From assembly GCF_006345805.1 (NCBI RefSeq), contig NW_021825578.1:1-15443 (forward strand): a stretch of 15,443 bases of DNA. The letters run 5' to 3'. Both the position numbers and the translations under genes were made by a program. This document shows positions 1-10,595 of this stretch, one piece after another. Each line of letters opens with the position of its first letter. Position 1 is the stretch's first letter. A model generated the notes under the pieces. The model was not told where the DNA came from, ran no database searches, and worked only from the letters and a program-made list of their open reading frames with translations. The DNA is from Octopus sinensis. Taxonomy: Eukaryota.

Positions 1-11
1 GACATACGTAC

Positions 12-212
12 CACACACACACACACACACACACAATATGTATATTTGCATGAGACATATTTTTAGAATAAATGCGAGTGTGTCTATGTGTGTGCGTGTG
101 CGTGTGCGTGTGTGTGCGTGTGCGCGCACGCGTTTATATATGTATGTGTATACACACACACACATAAATACGTACATACTTGCACTGCAAACATACATAC
201 ACACATATATAC
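12..212. repeat. Compound (CA)n/(GT)n/(GTGC)n/(CATA)n microsatellite
   Basis: Direct reading; explains ORF 38..319. Confidence 0.9.
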
Positions 213-317
213 ATACAAGAGGACTTACTGACTTTCTTAAGATGTTCAGAGGGTTTCCAATGGCGTATTTCAATAAACTAACCGAAAAGCCACACGTCCA
301 CCCAAAATTAGTTCCTT

Positions 318-318
318 A

Positions 319-370
<52 letters not shown>

Positions 371-372
371 TA
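318..372. repeat. (AAT)n microsatellite
   Basis: Pure run of taataataat. Confidence 0.97.
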
Positions 373-774
373 AATATTTTTCAAGTAACTCGTGACATAG
401 TAAGACGATAACCAGCCATCACAGTGTTCTTAAAATGCAAGTGAATGGAGTCCACCTTTATAAACATAAACTATAACAATGGCGACGAAAGGGGAAAAAA
501 GCGTGTTAAACATCCCTTATAATAATATTTGTTTTTAACAATACCAATACGATTTATTATTTTATCTTGTCAGCAAAACTTAGTTATAGCTTCAATGTGA
601 AAATAATAGTAAAAACTAGAGAGAAAGAAATGAAGGTGCGAAAAAAGATTGTTTTATGAGATTTTATGAGTCGAAGACTAATAGTGCATCGACAATGAAA
701 AATTCAAGAAAGTGTAGGGATATTTCCGGTGAAACGCCGGTAGGTAAAGAGTATAGGACGTTAATTTTCATCTT

Positions 775-975
775 TATGCTTGTTTCAGGCATTAGAATAC
801 GGCCATGCTGTAGCACGAACTTGATGAATATTAGAGGAACGAAAAGATCACCGTTATTTATTCTTTTTTAAGACTGGTACTTAGTCTGTCGAACTATTTC
901 GCTGCACCGATAAGCCACGGAGAGGTAAACAAACACCTGTTGTCAAGCGGTGTCGACATGAAGACTCAGACACAC
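775..975 (-). mobile_element. Old, degenerate 3' half of the CORE-type tRNA-SINE seen at 12612-13030
   Basis: cttgtttcaggcatt..cggccatgctg..ttattcttt..ggtactta..gttgtcaagc..gacacacac aligns co-linearly with 12636-12830. Confidence 0.7.
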
Positions 976-1061
976 ACGCACACACACGCGCTATATATAT
1001 ATATATAATACATACATACATACATGCATACATACATACTACTTACAACATACATACATAC

Positions 1062-1109
<48 letters not shown>

Positions 1110-1116
1110 ATATATT
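968..1116. repeat. Compound (CA)n/(TA)n/(CATA)n microsatellite
   Basis: Direct reading. Confidence 0.92.
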
Positions 1117-1731
1117 TAAATAACGAGGGAGATAAATTGAATACTAATTTAATTAATATCAATTTAAAACCAGTAGCCTAGCATATAGAAAAATCTGTAA
1201 AATCAGAAAGAATTTCAATACATGTGTATATTTAGGCTAAAAACCATTAGGTGGATACCCATATGCTAGAAGAAGATCACATACGATCTAACTACAAAGA
1301 AAGAATTTTCTCCAGAGAAAATTCAGCGAACACCAGAACATAGGCGGGCAAGACAGATGAAAATAACATAAAAATCAAGAATTAATTCTTGATTTTTATG
1401 TAATTTTCATATCTTGCCAATATAAAGGACGAGATTGGTACTTTTTTATTGACCTAGGAACGAGGAATAGCAAAGTGCAACTTTGGGCGGATTTGGATTC
1501 GGAGCGCAAAATGTCAGGAAAAAAAAATCTACGAGGAATCCTATATAACACCCTAATGATTTTATTTTTCGCCGCCCCTGTAAAATTAATAACACAAAAC
1601 ATAAAATAATACAAAAATTGTTCCCAAAATTTGCTTTCTAACCTATCCATTTTATTGTGCGGCAGGTTTGTTTTAAGTTTTAAAAAGAAAAGGGCTATTT
1701 ATTTAATATTTCTTATTAATATTTATATTTA

Positions 1732-1947
1732 AGGTGGCGGGCGGTCAGAATCGTCAGCACGCCGGGCAAAATGCTTAGCGGCACCTTGTCCGTCCTTATG
1801 TTCTGAGTTCAAATGCCACCGTTGTCGACTTTGCCGTTCATCCTTTCAGGGTTGACAAATTAAGTATCAGTGAAACACTGGGGTCGATGTAATCGACTAG
1901 TCCCCTCCCCCGTATTTCAGGCGTTGTGCCTATAGTAAAAAGGATTA
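1732..1947 (+). mobile_element. tRNA-derived SINE (central gcc-ttcatcctttc-gggt-ga-aaa-taagta domain), tail type 1
   Basis: Head with A-box-like ggcgggcggtcagaatcg and B-box gagttcaaatgc; central domain shared with 1969-2185, 10377-10454 and 13600-13747; ends in ..tatagtaaaaaggatta. Confidence 0.85.
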
Positions 1948-1968
1948 CTAATATTTATTTGCACTAGT

Positions 1969-2185
1969 AAAGCGGTGAGCCGGCAGAATCGTTATCGCGC
2001 CGGGCGAAATGCTTAGTGACATTTCGTCCTTGTTTACGTTCAGAGTTCTAAATTTGCCGAGGTTAACTTTGCCTTTCATTCTTTCGGACATCGATAAAAT
2101 AAGTACCAGTTGAGCACTGGGGTCGGTCTAATCAACTTACACCCTTCCCCGAAATTGTTGGCCTTGTCCCAAAATTTGAACTTAA
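1969..2185 (+). mobile_element. tRNA-derived SINE, same head and central domain, tail type 2
   Basis: gcggtgagccggcagaatcg head, gagttctaaattt B-box, gcctttcattctttcggacatcgataaaataagtacc domain; tail gccttgtcccaaaatttgaa differs from the copy upstream. Confidence 0.85.
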
Positions 2186-2199
2186 TTCTTATATACACT

Positions 2200-2298
2200 C
2201 TATGTAGTAGATATGTAAACAGGGCAAATTTAATCATTTCTCCGTGGACTGAAAATCTAATGAATAGCCTTGATCAATTTTCGAGCCTAATTGGGTTG
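2200..2298. repeat. Imperfect ~100-bp direct repeat, copy 1 (copy 2 at 2720-2817)
   Basis: ctatgtagtagatat..agggcaaat..atttctccgtggactgaaaa..atgaa..ccttgatcaatttcgagcc is co-linear with 2720-2817; roughly 70-75% identity by eye. Confidence 0.75.
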
Positions 2299-2481
2299 TC
2301 TACATCAATTAGACCAATCTCAGAAAAATAATCAGCCAATTTGTTTATAAACACAACAAATCCAGTAACTAGAGAGAAATAGAGCCAATAATTTGCCTAT
2401 CATAAGTATTTAACTCTGTACTTAATATCAGTAGCCTGCCAACGGGGATCTCAGTTCAAATAGTGTCAACGTATGATATAA

Positions 2482-2709
2482 TACGAGAGAGTGGTGTATA
2501 GTCTCTAGCTTTAAGGGTGTCACGAAAGGCCTGGTTGGTAGACCCAACATTCCGAATTCTTTTACAGGACTTAGAAAAAGTGAAGGATTACTGCAATAAG
2601 TGTGTGAATCTGAGAGGAGAATATGTTGAATAAAATCATAATTACCTGATCGTCCTGTATTTTCTTTTACCTAAAGCCAAGAATTCTTCAGCAGCACCAC
2701 CACCCCGTA
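2482..2709 (+). mobile_element. Tc1/mariner-derived MITE retaining the transposase C-terminus
   Basis: 2592-2633 translates CNKCVNLRGEYVE*, the typical mariner C-terminal (W)xKCxxxxGxYxE* motif; degenerate TIRs (tacgag..ctagcttta left, taaagccaag..cccgta right) bounded by TA at 2482-2483 and 2708-2709. Confidence 0.7.
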
Positions 2710-2719
2710 TATGTGTGAC

Positions 2720-2817
2720 CTACATAGCAGATATAATTAGGGCAAATGGAACTATTTCTCCGTAGATTGAAAAATATTATGAACATCCTTGATCGATTTG
2801 CGAACCGTATTGTGTTC
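2720..2817. repeat. Imperfect ~100-bp direct repeat, copy 2
   Basis: Matches 2200-2298 at an offset of 520 bp. Confidence 0.75.
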
Positions 2818-2833
2818 TTATTAGATGTATATT

Positions 2834-2924
2834 CGCGGGTATGGTTCTGTGGTTAAGAATTTCGCTCTGCCACCATGCTATGAATGTATTTGGTAGACGG
2901 AAATTGTGTGAAAGACCGTCGTAA

Positions 2925-3011
<87 letters not shown>

Positions 3012-3141
3012 TTGTTAAAAATAGATCAATACTTTAGATGTCTGGCCTACTGTGGTCGAATTTTTCTACTCAAAATTCCTCAAAGCGCTGTCCCGGCATG
3101 GCCGCAGTCTAATGACAGAAACAAGTTAAAGATAAAAGATA
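2834..3141 (+). mobile_element. CORE-type tRNA-SINE with head deletion and internal (GT)n
   Basis: A-box-like tggttctgtggttaag; atttggtagacggaaa..cgtcgta block, (GT)n at 2926-3008 and tail gcatggccgcagtctaatgacagaaacaag..ataaaagata match the reverse complement of 12612-12905; the B-box/CORE segment is missing. Confidence 0.8.
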
Positions 3142-3939
3142 TATATATACTTATATATACATATATATATGCACACATACATATACATATACTTATATAT
3201 GCTAATATACATCTATATAGATATACATACGTACATACATAACTCTGGGAAGAAAGAAATATTAATATATACATATTTAAAATACACATACATTCATAGA
3301 TACAGAGAAGTAGTCAAATAAATAGATGCCTAAACAAAAAGAAAATGTTATTGTGTCATGGCTTTACTACACATACACAGTTCAATACGATATACAAGAG
3401 AAAAAAGGAGAGAAAAAAAAACAAGTAGATATACAATGAATACAATTTAGAAATTCAATATATAATAAGAATGGCAATAAATTCTATGCATTTCAATCAA
3501 TAATAAATAGAATTATTCCAAGTTCGTATTTTATATTCAACTATAGTCTCCTCTTATTTGTTTTTCCCGCCGAAGTCGTTAAAACGCCATTACGCATCTC
3601 TAAGCAGACGACACAAAACATCTTATTGTTGAAAATTATTGGGGGTTTTATAACGGCAGTAAATACATATGTGTGTGTGTGTGTATTTGTTGTTTGTTGT
3701 TTATTTATAGGGAAGTTAAGGGGTAGGGTGATTTGCAGAAATACCGTATGCGTTGTATAAGGAATATGTTAGTGTTAGGGGTGAAATTTCAACATTGAAT
3801 TGATTCAAATGATTATGTGGGTATTGTATTGTGTGCATGTATGACTAGTTGTGTGTATGAATGTGTGAATGCAGTTCCTTTGCTTATATGTAAATGTAAA
3901 CATACACGAGCTGGCGCATGCATTTTTACGCACGAATTG

Positions 3940-4105
3940 TGCGTGTGTATATGTATATACACACACGTACGCACATACATACATACATACATACATACAT
4001 ACATACATACATACATACATACATACAAACATGCATACATACATATGTACGTACGTATGTACGTATGTATGTATGCATGTATGTATACAACACACATATA
4101 TACAT
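3940..4105. repeat. (CATA)n/(TATG)n compound microsatellite
   Basis: Direct reading; generates the six overlapping YIHT/CMYV ORFs. Confidence 0.95.
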
Positions 4106-4530
4106 AAAAATATATAAGAAAATAAGGAAATGGATCACTGTCGGTGTCGACGATTATTATTCTGGTGATCGATCAAGTGAGCTGCCAATGCTTTGAATTA
4201 GCGCATAAGTGTTCGAAAACTTTCCACAACTGAATGCACCCTAAATGCAGAAACAAGAAAAAACACAATGACAAGAATATACCATTACATAACAAGTTCA
4301 ATCCCAAAAGTTTTCATCTATTCGATTACATTAGCAACTTTGAGAGTACGAAATGTAAGGGGTGGGATCGAGTGTCTGGCTCCCTCATTGGAATGCATTT
4401 TCTTTTCGACAATAATACATCCCAATTTATTACTCATCTATACTCGTATATACAAATTCATGTACACAAATGCACGCATATATAAGGTTATATATCATCG
4501 CTCCCATTTTATGTATCTATGTAATTATTA

Positions 4531-4532
<2 letters not shown>

Positions 4533-4563
<31 letters not shown>
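4533..4563. repeat. (CT)n microsatellite
   Basis: Direct reading. Confidence 0.97.
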
Positions 4564-4566
<3 letters not shown>

Positions 4567-4699
4567 CTATATTTGTGTGTGTGTGCCAACTGCATGTGGA
4601 GCAGTTCTGTAAACATAGACACACACACAAACACATGAATTTGTGTAAAGATATCTATGAGAGGAAATGTGAATAAATCTTCATATATAAATTTGTGTA

Positions 4700-4722
4700 T
4701 GTATATATATACATACATATAT

Positions 4723-4774
<52 letters not shown>

Positions 4775-4805
4775 ATATATATTATATATATATATAATAT
4801 ATATA
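4700..4805. repeat. (TA)n microsatellite
   Basis: Direct reading. Confidence 0.95.
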
Positions 4806-4921
4806 CATAGCTTATATTCACAGAAAACAAAAGAGGAAGACAGGTGTAGGAACAACAAACAGGTGTATTAGTTTAAATCTTGAGAAAAATTGAAAAGTCT
4901 TTTACGTTCCGAGCTAATGAA

Positions 4922-4926
4922 TTATA

Positions 4927-4987
<61 letters not shown>
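4922..4987. repeat. (TA)n microsatellite
   Basis: Direct reading. Confidence 0.95.
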
Positions 4988-4990
<3 letters not shown>

Positions 4991-5103
4991 GGTCCCGGGT
5001 TGAGTCGGGGTTAACCACAGTGAATAAGGTACTCAATACATAGCAGAGATTTCATCGGAATGAAACAGTTCTAGTCCTGTAGAAGCTCCTTCTATAAAAT
5101 AAA

Positions 5104-5152
5104 ATATATATATATATATATATACACACACAAACACACACACGCACATATG

Positions 5153-5213
<61 letters not shown>

Positions 5214-5246
5214 TATCATACATACATACATACATACATACATACA

Positions 5247-5280
<34 letters not shown>

Positions 5281-5470
5281 CAAACGTACGCGCTTTCATG
5301 TATAGATATTTGTCTGCGTGTATGTATGTGTATATGTATACATGCATATACGTATGTCCGTATGTATACATGTATGTATGTATGTGTGTGTGTGTATGTA
5401 TGTATGTATGTATGTATGTATGTATGTATGTATGTATGTATGTATGCATGTATGTATATATGTATGCATC
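5104..5470. repeat. Compound (TA)n/(CA)n/(CATA)n/(TATG)n microsatellite block
   Basis: Direct reading. Confidence 0.93.
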
Positions 5471-5708
5471 ATACTAGATTTGTGTGTGACTGTATATATC
5501 GGTATCATATAACTTTTCGTCAATACGAGTAAACTTATATTTTTCACTTTAGAACTAGGTGAAATAGTAAGTCACAAGTAGAAAGTAAATCATATCACAT
5601 ATGTTATACTTCGTTCCAAATCTAACGGCATTCAATATCCCACATGTATGTATATATGACAACATGTGTGTATGTATGGGTGGATGGATGGATGAATTGA
5701 TGAACGTA

Positions 5709-6012
5709 TATTCGTGGTCTTATTAATAAGTATCTGAACTGTTGCTATAGTAGCGAAGCTAAAGCATGCAGAGTGAAGCCGCTTGGCACAGATTGACCTT
5801 GAATTCTGCTGTGCATGCGCACTAAGTTTAACTTTCTAGCTCACTTCCACTGTTTACAGCAATGCTTGGCAGGAACGTGTGTAGCGTGTGGTTATCGGAT
5901 TGACCATAGCACAGAAAGTTGAGCAGAGAATCAGCATCAAATTTTGGCGATACCTTTGATGCAGAGGATCAAAGCTTGGCGATACCTGCTCAGAGGCCTA
6001 CAAAAAGTTTTC
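5709..6012 (+). mobile_element. Mariner 5' arm (TIR, 5' UTR, first transposase codons), left arm of an inverted fusion
   Basis: TIR-like cgtggtcttattaataagtatctgaactg after TA; 5906 onward translates IAQKVEQRISIKF (mariner N-terminal EQRxxIKF); 5725-5784 is 51/60 identical to the reverse complement of 6554-6613 (hand count). Confidence 0.8.
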
Positions 6013-6627
6013 AAAAAGTTTTCATCGTTCTCGACAGAATCAAGGGGATGTGCAACTAAAACCCGGGTGTCGTTTTGATCAGATGAAAGCAATTTTGACA
6101 CAAACTTTGCAGACATGCGTCTCATACCCAAATGTTCAGTGATAACGGACTGAACTGAACCGTAGCTAATCTGCACATCCTCTGATAACTCATGGATGGT
6201 GATTCGACTATTTCCCCTCACAGCTGCACGCCACCAATCTTCAATGTTTTACTCAGTTCTGCGGCTTGCGGGTCTCCTAGATCGTTCGTCAGTATCGACA
6301 TTTTTCGGCCATCTAGAAACATCTGAGCCACTCGTACACTTGTGAGCAGCTCATACACTCCTCTCCATAAATTTCTGAAACTTTGCATAGACCTCTGAGC
6401 TGTTACAGCCATGACAACTTTCTCTGTCACGGTCAACCCGACGGTCACACGCTACGCACCCTCCTTCCAAGCACTGCGTAGTAACAGCAGAAGTGAGCTA
6501 GAATATTAAAACTTAGTGCACATGCATAGCAGAGTTCAAGGTCAATCTATGCGAAGCGGTTTTGCTCTGCATGTTTTAGCTTCGTTACTATGGTAACAGT
6601 CCGGATACTTATTCATCAGACCGCGTA
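6005..6627 (-). pseudogene. Frameshifted mariner transposase N-terminal half (two HTH motifs up to the start of the catalytic domain) with 5' TIR
   Basis: ORF 5937..6221 contains RITIHELSEDVQISYGSVQSVITEHLGMRRMSAKFVSKLLS..ENDENFLK (second HTH, degenerate WVP(R/K)xL linker); the upstream frame contains SGRPASSRTEENIE; TIR cgcggtctgatgaataagtatccggactg flanked by TA at 6626-6627. Confidence 0.88.
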
Positions 6628-6629
6628 CA

Positions 6630-6674
6630 AATACATATATACGCATATATACATATATACCTATATACATATTG

Positions 6675-6715
<41 letters not shown>

Positions 6716-6995
6716 TATATGATATATATATATATATAATATATATATATCATTATATATACATATATGTAATATATATATATATATATATATAGGTATA
6801 TACATATGTTATATATATATATGTATATATACATATGTTATATATATACACATATATATATACATATATATATATATAATATATATATATATATTATATA
6901 TATATATATATTTATAAAGACAGGAGAGAGATATAGAGTGAGAGAGAGGAGGAGAGAGAACACACACACACAGACAGAGACAGAGAGAGACAAAC
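6630..6995. repeat. (TA)n tract followed by (GA)n/(CA)n
   Basis: Direct reading. Confidence 0.93.
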
Positions 6996-7281
6996 ATAAA
7001 TTAATATAAATTTATATATGCCAATATGGATGCATGTAGAATCTATAAATATGTATATTTATCTACGCACACATATAATATACAAGGGAAAAAAATATGC
7101 ACACACACACATATACAAACACACATATATATGTACATACAAACTTATACATACATGCATACATTCATACATAAAAACATTTTACATAAATTTCTACATG
7201 CATTAATTATACATCCATACATATATACATACAGATTCATACATTCATGATGCATGCATGCATGCATACATACATCTTAAA

Positions 7282-7600
7282 GACTCCGCCGGTTACGACG
7301 ACGACGGTCCCAGCTGATACGATCAACGGAACAGCTTGCTCGTGAAATTAACGTGCAAATGGCTGAGCATTCCACAGACACGTGTACCCTTAACGTAGTT
7401 CTCGGGGATAATCAGCGTGACACAGAGAGTGACAAGGCCGGCCCTTTGAAATACAAGTACAACTCATTTTTGCCAGCTGAGTGGACTGGAGCAACGTGAA
7501 ATAAAGTGTCTTGCTCAAGGACACAACGCGTCGCCGGGAATCGAACTCACAACCTTACGATCATGAGCCGAATGCCCTAACCACTAAGCCACGCGCCCTC
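7282..7600 (-). mobile_element. Full-length tRNA-derived CORE-like SINE, tail shared with 9849-10192
   Basis: Minus strand: A box TGGCTTAGTGG (7581-7591), B box GAGTTCGATTCCC (7536-7548), CORE-like tgtgtccttgagcaagacactt, tail ending gtcgtaaccggcggagtc. May correspond to a published octopus OK/OR1/OR2 family; not verifiable here. Confidence 0.9.
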
Positions 7601-7602
7601 AC

Positions 7603-7832
7603 GCATACATACATACATACATACATACATACATACATACATACATACATAAATACATACATACATACATACATACATGCATACATACATACATACATAC
7701 ATGCATACATACATACATACATACATACATAAATACATACATACATACATACATGCATACATACATACATACATACATACATACATACATACATACATAC
7801 ATACATACATACACACATACATACATACATAC
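7603..7832. repeat. (CATA)n microsatellite
   Basis: Direct reading; abuts the 5' junction of the retrotransposon. Confidence 0.97.
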
Positions 7833-9133
7833 GACACCTGTAACAAAACACGTGTGACTAAAGAATATTACAGCCCCGAATAAGGAAAATTTGGACCTCG
7901 GAATTCTCTGCATTCAATACAAGAGTGGCCCACAATGTGTTTGCAGTGCCAGTACTCATACAAACATTTGGGCAACTTGATTGGACACTTGATGAGATCC
8001 GAGACATTGATATGAAAACCCGAAAAATACTAACAAGCACAAATAGTTTCCGCATAACCAGTGACGTAGACCCCCTCTACCTAAAACGTGACAAGCAAGG
8101 CGGCAGAGGCTCCACAGCGATCATATCGCATCATATCCTTTCGGTAACATCTTTTAACCACCAAGTGTCGAAGTACATCCCTTGATCAACTTTGCATACA
8201 TGAGGCTGATAACATCATAACACTTGGAAGGCAGCTCTTTGAGCAACACTGTGTCTGATAACCTAGAATTCATGGCCAAAAAAGTTGCACGACTCTACCG
8301 TAACGGATCATCAGATGAAAGGACGAACCTATATGAGCAGAAGACTATGCACGGATAGAAAGCTCCGTGATGATAGTAACATCGATCATCAATGCAGTTT
8401 ATCATGGACCAATAGCCGTTGCTACCTCCCACTTTGAAGGGTATGAGTTTGCAATCCAGGCATGGGAATATCAACCAAGTACCTGATGCATAAAATGGAT
8501 AGAGATGCAGGAAAAGCCACAAAATGTGACAATCGATGCAGACTTTGTGTAGTTCACACTGAAGACATCACCCACATCATAAGCAGTTGTCTGAAAATGG
8601 CATCACGGTATTATTTACGAATGAGACATGTTGTAACTAGGACACTCTATAAAGAAATCTGTCGGAAGGATAACTCCGAGGACAAAGAAATAAGAACCCA
8701 TATTATGGTAGAAGCCATAGCCACTCATAATGAAAATGAATACTGGTACAATGTGCCAGTGAAGACCTCAATAAAATATAAGCACAACTGACCTGGTATA
8801 ATGATTTGGGATAGAGAAGAGAAACTGTGCACAGTTGTGGAAATTAGCTGCCCAGCGGATGTTAGCATAAAGCTGAAGATCAGGGAAAAAGATAACAACT
8901 ATGCTGAACTATTGAGAAATCTGCAGTTACTCTACCCAGATTACAAGATCGGGTTTATACCTGTAATTATTGGGGTGTTGGGATATGTAACACACTACCT
9001 AAATAACCATCTTGAGAAATTAGACTTCTCAAAACCAGAAAGGAGAAAGGTAATTCGAAGACTACAGATCCAATCCGTCACTAGAACTATAAAAATCTGT
9101 ATAACTTTCCAGAAGTTTATCATATATGCATAA
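7833..9133 (+). mobile_element. 5'-truncated, inactivated R4/Dong-clade RLE non-LTR retrotransposon (RT thumb, CCHC zinc knuckle, PD..(D/E)xK-type endonuclease)
   Basis: KIWTSEFSAFN..AHNVFAVPVLI..FG.LDWTLDEIRDIDMKTRKILT..SDVDPLYLKR..GGRG; YEQKTMHG; SHFEGYEFAIQ..ISTKYL; CRLC..EDITHIISSC..MRH; KHN*PGI (stop at 8789-8791, PD to PG); VVEISCP; KIREK; IPVIIGVLG. Several frameshifts and deletions. Confidence 0.9.
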
Positions 9134-9194
9134 ATACAAACATACATACATACATACATACAAAGCTTCGCACATACATTCATATATATATTTG

Positions 9195-9240
<46 letters not shown>

Positions 9241-9456
9241 TGCATACATACACACGTACTTTCATACACACATGCATACATTTATACATACATCCCCACA
9301 TAATACATACACAAATACATACATACATACATACATACACAGACACATACATACACATACACACATACATACATACACACATACGTTCATACACACATAA
9401 ATACATTCATACATACATCCCCACATACATACATAAATACATACATACATACATAT

Positions 9457-9487
<31 letters not shown>

Positions 9488-9502
9488 CATATACATACAT
9501 AC
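9134..9502. repeat. Degenerate (CATA)n/(TA)n tract
   Basis: Direct reading; starts immediately after the ORF stop. Confidence 0.9.
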
Positions 9503-9848
9503 GTAACAAAATACATACATATATCCAACAGGGAACAGAAAAAAGAAAAATGGTCTCTCGCTTTAAACACTATCCAAATACCCAAAACAAGTTAAAGAAA
9601 ACTGTGTCTCCTTCTCTCCGTTTGTTTTCATTAAAATGATATTCAGCTGTTATATTTTGGAAACCTCAAAGAAAGCACATAATATATATTTGTTCTGTTT
9701 TACTCTATGAAATGCTAAGTTTGTTGACATTAGCAAATTATTTTAAACTTCTTTTGTATATCCTCCATATTTTTTGCTACCATGTTTTGTGTGACACTTG
9801 CGCACACATATGTGTCTTGAACACATTGACACACTCGGACACATTCGT

Positions 9849-10192
9849 GGCACTCCGTCGGTTACGACGAGCAGAGTTCCAGTTGATGTGATCAACGGAA
9901 CAGCCAGCTCGTGAAATCAACGTGCAAGTGGCTGAGCACTCCACGGTTACATGTACCCTTAACGTAGTTCTTGGGGAGATTCAGCGTGACACAGAGTGTG
10001 ATAAGGCTGGCTCTTTGAAATACAGGTACAACAGAAACAGGAAGAAAGAATGCGAGAAAGTTGAGGTAAAAGAGTAAAGCAGGGTTCGCCACCACCACCT
10101 GCCGGAGCTCCGTGGAGCTTTAGTTGTTTTCGCCCTGTCTGGGTATTGAAACCACGAGTCTGCTACCCTAACCACTGGTCTATTGCGCTTCC
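9849..10192 (-). mobile_element. tRNA-derived SINE with a different head and body but the same 3' tail as 7282-7600
   Basis: Minus-strand head ggaagcgcaatagaccagtggttaggg..ggtttcaataccc (degenerate A and B boxes); 9849-10032 co-linear with 7282-7463. Confidence 0.85.
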
Positions 10193-10227
10193 ACACACAC
10201 ACACACACACAGACATATGTATATTAT

Positions 10228-10259
<32 letters not shown>

Positions 10260-10345
10260 ATATATTATATATATACATTTATACATATTCATATCTCCAT
10301 ATGTCTGTTATGTGTACATACATGTATACACGCTCACGTACGCAC
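10193..10345. repeat. (CA)n/(TA)n microsatellite
   Basis: Direct reading. Confidence 0.9.
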
Positions 10346-10376
10346 ATACATGCATGCATGAATACAGATGTGTGTT

Positions 10377-10454
10377 GCTTATTTTACCAACCTCGAAAGA
10401 GTAAAAGGCAAAGTCGACCCCAGCGGAATTTGAACACAGAACGTAAAGACGGAC
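10377..10454 (-). mobile_element. Internal fragment of the 1732/1969-type SINE
   Basis: Reverse complement gtccgtctttacgttctgtgttcaaattccgctggggtcgactttgcctttt..ggtaaaataag matches 1789-1865 and 2026-2105. Confidence 0.85.
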
Positions 10455-10595
10455 ATGCTATGTATGTAATATTGGAAAATTGAGAATCATGGAAATATAG
10501 ACACATACACAAACACACACACACACACACAATGCATACATGTATACAAACATACATACATACATACATACATACATACATACATGCAAACATAC

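Noticed and set aside
1117-1660. Non-SINE stretches that look like repeat fragments (also 3540-3800, 4130-4420, 13395-13570)
   Set aside because: No second copy, terminal signature or coding motif in the window, so they cannot be classified.
4988-5095. Hairpin-containing module between TA tracts, considered as a hammerhead
   Set aside because: No CUGANGA and GAAA in the correct order on either strand in this copy.
7540-7600. tRNA gene candidates at the SINE heads (also 12960-13030 and 10140-10192)
   Set aside because: No complete cloverleaf or acceptor stem; each continues into a SINE body.
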